DNA from: Chrysomallon squamiferum
Lineage: Eukaryota; Animalia; Mollusca
Length of the DNA: 64,000 nucleotides
Assembly (NCBI GenBank): GCA_012295275.1
Contig: CM022666.1
Coordinates: 3,968,001 to 4,032,000 of the forward strand
Direction: 5' to 3'
The notes beneath the pieces were generated by a model, which had not been told where the DNA came from, searched no databases, and worked only from the letters and a program-made list of their open reading frames with translations. A program made the translations under genes and the position numbers. Shown one piece after another: positions 36,101 to 64,000 of the stretch (position 1 is the stretch's first letter; each line of letters begins with the position of its first letter).

Positions 36101-38284
36101 ATATAATTATTTTATGCCAGTCTTGCTTTGAATGTTGTGGTAATTTTGAGGATATATTTTGTCTCTGATAAATATTTTCTTATTTTTCTGGTTGGCTGGA
36201 AAACATTGGACTGCACTGCAAATATAAATCTACAAACATTTTTATTCATACAAACATTGTATACACAGGCACACACACCACACTACCTACACAAACACAT
36301 ACACACGTGTGTGTGTGTGTGTGTTTATATATATATATATTTATATAACCTCAGCTTCTTGCTTATTTGCTCAAATATCATAGTAAGAATTGATCATGTT
36401 AACCCATTTTGTGTAAAATGTAATGACTTTGACCCTTTGTGTGAAAACTGGGTGACATTGACCTATTATGTGTCAGTGGTCACATCTTGTTGATTTGACC
36501 CATTCTCAGTTGAAAGAAATACCACAGTAATTATAAAATAATAATATAAAAAAAAAAAATTCTAAAACCAACCAGCTGTACTTCATATTGTCACTTTTAA
36601 TTTTTTATTATTATTTTTTTTAAAGTTACCTGTTACACAACCTATAATATACATATAATTAAAAAATTAAAACTAACACATGTATAATGTTTTATTTTTA
36701 TGTATTTTTTTATTTGTTATTATTATTATATTTTTTTATTATTATTATTTTAATACTCTATGCATTTTTATTTTGACTTATTTCTTGTTTTTGTCATTAA
36801 TATTTTAAAATACGTTTGTTCTTTCTTTTTAATAAAAATGTTATGAATTATATTTGTATTTGGCTTATTAGTATTTTGATTTTCAGTGTCAAATTTGATA
36901 TTCTGATTTTAACTGATAGATTTAGTAATGCTCTGATAATGTTCTGGTTTAGTATTTCTCAGTTTTGACTGTGCAGTTAAGTAAAGCTATAATGTTTGAC
37001 TGTTAGACATGTCAGATTTTTGACTGTCAGATTAGGTAATGCTATGATTTTGACTGTCATGTTTGATTTTTGACTGTCACATTTGGTTAAGTTGTTATCA
37101 CAAGTATGACACCTGTCTCACTTTGAGTTAATATTATAATTTATTGTAAATCTTGGAATTATAACTATAAATCACAAGAGATTACAAATAAATATTTATA
37201 ACAAACACAGGTTTATGCACCTTTATTGTTTTTCTGTATTCGTCACTTTAATATATTTATATATATATATAAATTTTGAAAATTAAATCTAGTCATATTC
37301 TTAACATTAAATGTTTATTTCATGCTTGTAGTTTGCAACATAATTTATGAAAATCTTTAAAAAGTATCATGTTTATAAATATGTTTTTGGAATATAATTT
37401 GTGAACAAGGCACAATGAAAACTGAAATAAAATGATTATTTTAATTTTATTTTTATTGTATTCATTATTATTGTTTTACTGTAATAATTGTGATTTCAGT
37501 GTAACTGGATCTTCTAATAATTTAATTATTTACCATTTTAAAAAAATAAATTATATGTAATTTATATTTATTTTAGAAATTGACAAAAGAATATGAAATC
37601 AAAACTGAAAGTTCTTAACTTTTTTATTTTTTTTTATTATTTAAAAATACTAAAAAGGAAAAATAACAAAGACTTTTTAAGTTATGCTTTAAAAAATGAA
37701 AACTCAAATATTTGGTCATTTTTATAATTACTTTTCTTGATTGTGGTGAGATGGGTAACATCTGGAGTTGCTTCCCTTGACTAGTAATTATGAAATATCT
37801 TCCAGATAAACAAATTTAAGACAAAAAACAGTGATTATTCTTTTTTTTTTTTTTTTCATTTTTATAGTTGAGTTAAATTTCTTTGCTTGTATTTCATTTA
37901 AACTAATTCATTAAAATAAGATAAGTTATATTTAAAAAAATATATATATGTATATGTATTATTTTTCTTTTTCACATTGAAATTACTAAAGATTAATTCA
38001 AGTGGCATTCTTTTCAACAAGGCTGTGTTACATTTACTAATATTTTTGACATATAAATGGCAGTGTGATATCTTTTATATTTGAGTTGCTGTTTGTTGTA
38101 CTTAGTAACTGTTATTTTCCTTTAATGACTGAGCAATTTGTTTTTAATAAGCTTCTTTGTGAGTAATTACATTTTATTTTTATTTTCATCAGTTTAAAAT
38201 TAAATTGTGGTATTTCACTTGGTTTAATTTTCAGCAAGATTTTTGTTTGTATTTTGCATTATCATTGCTTTAGTTTGAATAAGA

Positions 38285-38332
<48 letters not shown>

Positions 38333-41300
38333 GTTTGTTATTTTGCTGAAATCACAATTCATTACCAAATTTTTGTCTCTTTGCATTTAGATTTCTACAT
38401 CTTTTTTTTTTGTTGTTGTTGTTGTCAATTTTCTCATGTAAAATTTCATTACAGAAGTTTAAAATTTTCTTCAAACATCCAAAGAAAATATTTGAATTTG
38501 TTTGGGCAATATTCAGTGTTCATTATTGTACTTTTTTAGTGAAATTCTAACATTTGAATTGAAAACCTATTTTGAATGAAACTAGTCTTTTTAAAGATAA
38601 TTTCACTGTACAATCATTTCTGCAGACAATGTTTATATATATTTATTTTTTTGTTAAAAGATCAGTCTAACTTACTGCATTGTGAGAAACCATATTTATT
38701 TATTAAGCAGACCAACATTATTTATATTTTAAAATTTACTTATGAAATAAATGTTATTATATTTTGTTTATCATAAATCTACCTCTGATTATTATTTTCT
38801 GGAGAAGGATTATAAAGGGAGATAAATTTATGTAAAGAAATAAAACTTCATTTTTTTATTTATTTATTTATTTTTTTATGTTTATTTATTACCTTTTTTA
38901 TATATATTTTTTTTAATTTATTATTTTTTTAAATTACTGTTTATTCATATTTTTATTTATTTATTTGTTTATTATATTATTATAATTATTTTAATGTGTT
39001 TGGGACCAAAATAGAATTTTGTTATTAATCATTTTTCAATTTTATTTTTATTTTAATTTTTATTCTTTTTATATCCGCCTTAAATTTGTAATTTAATTTT
39101 TAACATTACTATTTTGCAGTTAAATTAACAATTTGAACTCAACCCTACCCTATTGTGCAATTATCTGTTGAAAAATCGACAAAGCAAAATTTGCTTCCAA
39201 TTTTTTGTTTTTTGTCATCCAAATTATTTTAATAAAATTAATCCATTAAAATGATTAAATTATAAAATGCTAGATTGTGTGATACAGATGACAGTTTTAA
39301 ATCCAAAACTAATATATATATATAAATATGCTGTTGCTATAAAAACAATTTGCTTTTGTGACATTCATAACCTTTACAGATTTCACATAAATGTCAGTTA
39401 ATGTATTTTTTTACAAAATGCAGGAAAAAAATTCATCGTTATTTCTTCATTTATATATATTATATATATATTCTTTAGTTTCTGTCAAAATTCTCTGATG
39501 AGCTTCCTTATATTAATATTTAAAATGATTTTTATTTTAATTTTATTAATTTTTTGTTTTTTTCTTTCATCCATTATTTGATAAGAAATTATATTTTCCA
39601 TGCAGTTGTACATAGCATTACTGTTGTACAGCTTTTGATGTTGTTATGGCCTTTATGCATTATGTATTATGTATCATTACTTTTAATTTTATTTTCTGTA
39701 GAGATGGCATTCTTGTTTATTGAAACATGTATTGTCTGTTTCATAATCTTGTCATGTTTTACACTGTGGCGACTGCCAAACCAAAACCTGTAAAACAAAT
39801 AAATAAAACTATTGTCCTATTTTAAATTAAATTTATATATATTTATATATTATTCGATATATATATATATATATTTTATTTGGCTACCTGGTTTTAGTAA
39901 CTTGAAGATTTTTCCTTTAATAATATATTTTATTTATTTCATATAAAACACATTTCAAGGTGTATAATTGGGGAAATGTTTCATAGAATTATAATAAATG
40001 GAAAGAAGTTAAAGTATAAAAGTAAACATTTTTAATAATATTATAAGAAATGAGTTAATGTAGTTATTTATTTATTTATTATTATATATTTTTTTTTCTT
40101 TATTATTATTTTTTTTTTTTGAGTCAGTTCATTTTTCATTATCATTATTTTTCTGTTAAGATGTTTTTAAAAATATCAAAACTATAACCAAGTAGATAAA
40201 CACTGAACACTTTCTGTATATGTATATAAGAATTATAATTACACATAACATTTTTTCATCATTATCACATTTTTTTTCTTTGTTTTCTTTTCTCACTGAT
40301 ACATTATTTTTATTTTATGCTAAAAAAAAAAGATAAAATAAATGAAAAAAGCACTTTTATAAAAAAAAAAAAAAAAAAGTTAAAATTATTTTTAAAATAT
40401 ATAATAATATCATTACTTTCTTTTAATAGCATTACATGATTTTGAATTAATTAATGTTCATAGGGAATTGAATTCTGAATCAATTCAATTTTCCAAATGG
40501 CTACATTTTTTTCGGTTTATTTCATTTCTTTTTTAATTTTATAATATCTATTAGTAAATAAATAATACTAATAAAAATGATATTGATAAACACTAATGTA
40601 AGTTATGAACATTTACAGATTTATAATAAGTTGGGACCAAGTCATATTCTCTTTTTTATTATTAATAAAAAACAAAATAACCCACAACAGATAACTAATA
40701 TGACACATGATTGAAAATTAAGTCCCTTGGATTGTTTTCAGGGGGAAATTGTTTTTTAAATTTTTTAAATATAATCATTTATCAGTCGATCATTAATATA
40801 TATTATCTTCATTAAAAAATAATTTTTTATTTTTAATCTCTGAATTTTATATAATTATTTTTAAAATCTGAAAACTAATTAGATATGGTAAGTTAATTAT
40901 ATTTTGCTAATCAATAATATAATTAAAAAAAATATTTTATTAACCCCTTCCCTTAATGACCCCTTGCCGCCCCCCCCCCCATGAATAGCAACCACTCATG
41001 CTCATCATTATATGTTGGATATTTTTGTTTTTAATTTGATTTGTGGGAAAAGGTAATATTTTCATACTTATTCCTAGAGTTTAGAAACATACCTATCACA
41101 AGCAAAGAATTAAATAATTAAAAATTTTAAAAATTTTATTTTCAAAAACCATGTTACTGATGATATTTATGACAACTGGTTTAAACTTGGTTTAAATTTG
41201 TACATGTACTTTTTTTTTTTTTTTTTTTTTTTCCATTATTATTATTATTATTATTATTATTAATTTTATTTCAAATTTAAAGATTACAAAAACAAAACAA

Positions 41301-41700
41301 AACAAGAAGGAAAAAATGATAAATTTGTTGTGCAATTTATGCTATATATATGTGTGTACATAATAAGAGGGATCTTGTGCTTTTAATTTTTTTTAAATTT
41401 TTTTTAATTATGTTTTTTTTTTTAAATTGACCTGTTACCTGTTGATATTTTGGGCCAAAAATGTTTTTATTATTCACCCAAGATTTCTAGATCTGCTACC
41501 AGGCAACCATTTAGGAATTATGAATAATAATTATAATAATAAATTCATCGTAAATGTAGCTTTCAAAGTAGTCATTATATTTATTCTGTGATGTCGGGTC
41601 ATACGTACATATATTATTATATATATATATATTTCTTTCTAGATATATGTATATATATAAATATATATACATAAATATATATATATATATATATTCTACC

Positions 41701-41760
41701 AATAAAAAAGGTAAAAATATTCATGTTTGTTGTGTTGTTTGTTTGTTTGGGTTTTGTTTT
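41701..41760 (+). terminator. Candidate distal FNDC3 polyadenylation signal with a GU-rich downstream element
   Basis: AATAAA at 41701, CA about 16 nt later, then TGTTTGTTGTGTTGTTTGTTTGTTTGGGTTTTG. Confidence 0.3.
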
Positions 41761-42761
41761 AAAAAGATTTCACCATGATACTAGTAATCTATATAATGAC
41801 CTAAAAACAAAATAATTAAATAAATAAAAATATGATCCATAGCAGAAATAGGTAAAAAAAAAAAACTATTTGGCTTCATAAGAGATGGTAAAATGATAAA
41901 GTTTGAATATTTAAAATATGTGGTAATTTTTAAGCCTTGTATATGGTTTGATTTTTTACTGCGAACTTTTGTCAAATGAGATTTGACTAATAAAAGTGAA
42001 ATTTTCCTGATTTCAAAGTAATTGTAAATTTAATATCAAGTTTTATATTTATCAAGAATTCAATTTTTTTTTGTTTTTTCTTTTACTTTTAAAACTGGCA
42101 CCAGTACTCAACATATCTGTTTTTAATAATATAAAGTCTTTTTACAAAATATTTTATAATCTTGCCAAAATTGGTAATAATGTTAAATAAACACTGTATT
42201 CTTAAGTTTATTTACAACCACTTGCAGCCTGTGGTTTCAAAAAACCCTTCTCATGTAACTTTTTGGTAAATTGTAATCAGTACTGTCCATATAATTATGT
42301 TACAGATATTTATATGTCCATCTCGGTCAATTTAATTTGTATGCAAGTTTAGTATTGTCAGTTTCAAAATAAAATGGTAAAAACAGGAGATTTTTTATGG
42401 TATTCATAAAGTTGGTCATGTAACAAAGGTCCATCTCAGTAGTACTCAAAAAGTCAGTGTCAGTTAACTCAACTGCATGAGAAGATTCATGTCAGAAATT
42501 TTCTAGAGGCTTGCAAGAGAAACAAAACAGGTTCTTTTAATGATCTTTTTGGTGAATTAAGGTGATGAAGGCAACTCAGAAGTTGGCCTTGGTATAAAAG
42601 CAAGGAAAAGTTTAATACAAAAAGACGAGTATTTCACCTAGCATGAACACTGCATTTACAATCTTTGTTTGAGTTATAAAATGATTTTCTGTTTTATTAT
42701 CCATACATTATTTGTTTAAACAAATTAGTTTTCAGTAGAAATCAATAGAAAACAATTACAA

Positions 42762-43183
42762 TTGACTTACTAGTTTAATTCATTCCATGACCCAAACTCG
42801 TAACTCAGTTTGCTCATGTATCAAATCTATGATTTCATGCTTTAATTCAATGGACATCATCCACTTCTTCTTCTCAGCACTCTCCTTTGTACTCACTTTC
42901 TTAGGATCCATGGTCAGAAAAAAGAAATTTGGCAAAATATTGCAGAAAATGCAAGCACAACACAACAGAAATGCTTCCGCGGCAAGGTAACCACGTGAAG
43001 TAAACCAATGAGATGTGGGATGCTGGGCAGATGTTGTGTTGTTCGTTGCGCCAACTACAAGCGGCATATCTGAAGCTTGCTCATAACCAAATTTAGCCTC
43101 GTAACTCAAAGCAAAAAATCAACTGACTATTTGTAACTTGGAAAACTTGCAAGTTGATCCACTTGTAAGTCAAGGTACCACTA
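42762..43183 (-). mobile_element. Internally deleted Tigger/pogo-like (Tc1-mariner superfamily) DNA transposon relic
   Basis: Minus-strand MDPKKVSTKESAEKKKWMMSIELKHEII resembles a Tigger transposase N-terminal HTH start. TIR-like (T)AGTGGTACCTTGACTTACAAGT at 43183-43161 has a 12/13 inverted match TTGACTTACTAGT at 42762-42774. Confidence 0.75.
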
Positions 43184-43350
43184 TTTGTGTATTTTCAGCA
43201 TTCGAGCATATATTTTAAATAGTCAAATATGTACTGATAATCTTGCACTTAAAAAACAAAGCAGTAAAAAAGTAATTTTGAAGTAAGTAAAATGTATTCT
43301 GGGGTATTTTTTTAAACAAAATATCAAAATCAAAGTATTGCCAGCTAAGA

Positions 43351-43356
43351 TTTATT
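43351..43356 (-). terminator. Candidate ABCC4 polyadenylation signal
   Basis: Minus-strand AATAAA followed by U/GU-rich CTTTGATTTTGATATTTTGTTT; many competing AATAAA sites exist in AT-rich DNA. Confidence 0.3.
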
Positions 43357-43813
43357 GCAAATTTTTTAAGATTGACATTTTAAGAATGATTGTAAAATCG
43401 TAAAGCAACAAAATTACAGAATATATCCTTAAAAAAAATATCTTGTATTACAATATAAAACTTGCTGAAATTTAAATTTTATTATTTCTGTTATGCACCC
43501 ATAATTATATTGCGTGTGCATCAAAATAAGTGAAATAAATAATAGAATTCAAAAAATCAGAAAAAAAATCAGAGACAAAGTCTCAGGAGAGATTCTTTTT
43601 TCTCCTTTTTCATTAATTCATTAAACTAATTAATGTATAAAACTTTCATGATTTTAAAAGATCAAATTCAAACATGGACTTCAATAAGACTAAAAATTAA
43701 TTCAATTTTTGATGAAAATGTATAGAAAAATAAATGACTAACAAAAAACAACAAACAAAATAATATGCTAACAACAACAACACAACAACAAAATAAATGA
43801 AAATAGTAATATC

Positions 43814-43868
<55 letters not shown>

Positions 43869-45265
43869 TAAACTAACAAAACCTCTTGGTAACTTCTCAC
43901 AACAAATCTTTACCAGCAACTGCATGATCATACAAAACATTAAAAATAAATTAAACACAGATCATATATAAAGATATATCTATATCAAAACAGATATATC
44001 TTTTACAGACATCATTTTTCAGATCAAAAGAACAACTGACTAAGTCTCTTCAGAGAAAACATTACCTTATGTCCAGTGAAAATGCAATATTTAACAAAGT
44101 TTTATGTTCTTTCATGAGTTTTGGAAGTCAAATAAACAAGCCCTGTTGTTAACTAGGCAAGTAGATACAGCATTTCTATCTTTTCTGTTATTCAAGAAGG
44201 TATATGAATGGAAATTTAAAACATTGAAAAGATAAAAATGTAACTGCTTATTCACTTATTTAGCATGATGCTAAATATTTCTGTGCTTGGGGTCATAACA
44301 GTATACAATTGTTCACTTGAGAGGTTTTTCATAAAGTTTACGTTTAACTATTATTTACAGAAATGGAGATTTCAGTTTTAAAAAAGTTAATTTTTTTATA
44401 TAAAAAAAAAAAACATTTGAATTTAATAAAAGAAAGGGGAAATTAATGTAGGTAGGACGGTACTGGATTCAGGAATTCAGTCATGGGGTTTACAAACACA
44501 AAAATAAACACAGAGACAAAAATATTTCCTTTACGCACACATTCACACACCTCTGTGAAAACCAATAAAAAACATTTTTTAAAAATATATATATATTATA
44601 TATATATATATTTTGGTTACTATTCAATACAAGTAAAGAATGTAAAGTGCTAGTTAAAAATTTGACACATTTTTTCCTTTCATAATTGCTAAACGTAACA
44701 AATTTCAAACATATACATTTTTGTAAATATTATTCAATACAATTCTATAGTATAAAATTTACTAAAAGGCAATTTAAAAAAAAAAAAATTTATTTAAATT
44801 AATATGTGTAAGCTGTGGATTTAAAAAATATATATAAATATTGTATGACATTTACAAATAATAAAATTAAGATACAAAAATTATATTCACTAGGTGATTT
44901 TTGTTTTAAGTAAAAAAATTTAAGAAATGATATTATTTTTATTATTTTTATTATTATTATTATTATTATTATTTTTTTATTATTATTATTATCGCAGCAA
45001 TAAGAATAAAAAAACAATTTATTATTTTTCATTCTCTATATTCTACAACTTTCAATAAATATGATTTCAAAAACCCAAAAATAAATATTTCTAAAAGCAA
45101 GATTCATGTTCCAAAAGGTTATTCAAAAATGTTAACCAGACATTTATGTATATTTACATACAAGTTCTCTAAGAAAAAATATCGCACGTCTGTGTTTGAT
45201 AACTAAGAAAACAAAATTAAAAATTATTTTAATCTTAAATGAAAACTATTTAAAAAATCAACAAC

Positions 45266-62421
<17,156 letters not shown>

Positions 62422-63103
62422 CTGAAACAGTCAGGATCAAAAATGATGAACGTTTATTCTTATTTAGGCCATTTTTTATCTTTTTTATAACTGACGTTTT
62501 TATAATATGGTGGCCAAGAATTAGCTGTATTTTGTTCAAATTTTTTTTTTTTTTTTATCTGATTTTTTTTTATAATATGGTGGCCAATAAATGAAGCTGT
62601 ATTTTGTTCAAATTTTTTTTTTTTTTTTTTTATTTTATCAAGTTATAACTGAAAGATATTCCTTTTTAAAAAATATCGTAATTCAGTTAATTTAAAAAAA
62701 TGTTTCAGTTCTATTAAACTTCTTAATAAAGGTATATATATATATATATATATGTATAAAAGTAGTTATACATAAAGCTGAAGTGTATATATACTGTATA
62801 TAGAAACCAGGATATATGCAAAGTTTTGAGGGTAACAGTCATGGAGAAAAAGGGAACAAAGTCGATAAGATAAAGAAAATTAATTCTAAAAAATAACTGC
62901 GCTTCGATATTATGTATGTAGCCTACATTTTGATTTTTTTTTTAAAAAGCAATCAATATTATCATCATCATCATCATCATTAATATTTAAACTTTTCAAC
63001 TTTAGAAATATAAATAAAATATTGTCATAGGAGTAGGTAACTGTACAATTATAAGAAAACAACCCAAGTATTAAATGTCAAGAGAATACTGTTATAAAAA
63101 CAC

Positions 63104-63270
63104 ATATAAATGAACAAACACAAACAATCTATATGTTTTAATCCGGAACAAATCATTCACTATATAAACACAGAAACACCAAAAATCTATGTGTTTTAAT
63201 CCAGAACAAATCATTCACTATATAAACACACAAACACAAACAATCTATGTGCTTTAAGTCCACAACAAAT
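63104..63270. repeat. ~59-bp tandem repeat, about x2.5
   Basis: AATCTATRTGTTTTAATCCRGAACAAATCATTCACTATATAAACACA repeated. Confidence 0.8.
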
Positions 63271-63730
63271 CATAAACTTGCAGGCAGCATGCACACTTTT
63301 TCCAAGAACTTAAATTAGGAATATAAATGTGTTGTGTGTGCACGTGTTTGTTGTCTGTCTGTGTGCATGTGCATGTGCATATTTGTTGTGTGTGTATGTG
63401 CTTTGCATGAAGAATGAAAAGAAAATAAGCACTAATAAGATATGTGACAAAGCAGCTGATCTATATGTGCTCTATTAAAGCTGCTTTCTAATAATAATAA
63501 TAACAACAACAACAATAATACTAATAACAGCAATAATAATAATAACAATAATTACAGATTAATGATGTTAGGGCTATTCTGAATCATAATCAACAATTAT
63601 TTCCCTTCGTTGAGTTATTTTAAGAACTTACTGTTTATACAACCTTTTTAATCCTTTTAATCTTTCAAAATGAATCCTTTATGCTTACTTCCAAGTTATA
63701 TTGTAATCCTTTCTATCACAATTTAATAAT

Positions 63731-63763
<33 letters not shown>

Positions 63764-64000
63764 CTATCTCAACATACAATAATTTATGGATGATACTTCA
63801 ACTACATCAATCCTAGATCAATCCTAGCTTCTTCCCATTCTTTTAGTAACAAAGGCTGAAGTATTCCAAAAATATCTATGGGAAGGTGCACATTAAAGAT
63901 TCCTTGTTGCTAATGGGCGGAAAAAAAATCAAACAATATGCCAGATAATTGTAGATTACAAAAATATGTTGAGTATATAATAAATAAAATATTTCTTCAT

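Overview
AT-rich, microsatellite-dense metazoan genomic DNA. It is probably an invertebrate, and a mollusc/lophotrochozoan is only a guess. The window holds two convergent multi-exon genes, both 5'-truncated by the window edges. On the + strand is an FNDC3A/B-like gene with 23 reconstructed coding exons (10488-31832) encoding a Pro/His-rich N-terminus, tandem fibronectin type III domains and a C-terminal transmembrane anchor. On the - strand is an ABCC4/MRP4-like ABC transporter with 18 coding exons (62421-45266) encoding the end of TMD1, NBD1, TMD2, NBD2 and a long C-terminal tail. Exon phases join in frame except for one apparent indel in each gene (31565 and ~49657), most likely assembly errors. 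The most unusual structures are: a ~42-copy 26-bp minisatellite starting exactly at the ABCC4 Walker A splice donor, so nearly every unit is another AA|GTAAGT donor; a triplicated 84-bp branch point/acceptor unit before an FNDC3 exon; a strongly divergent ABCC4 TM5-6 exon that may be a mutually exclusive variant; a GC-AG intron; a perfect IR1 nuclear-receptor palindrome; and a Tigger/pogo-like relic between the genes. Most ORFs in the supplied track are microsatellite artefacts.
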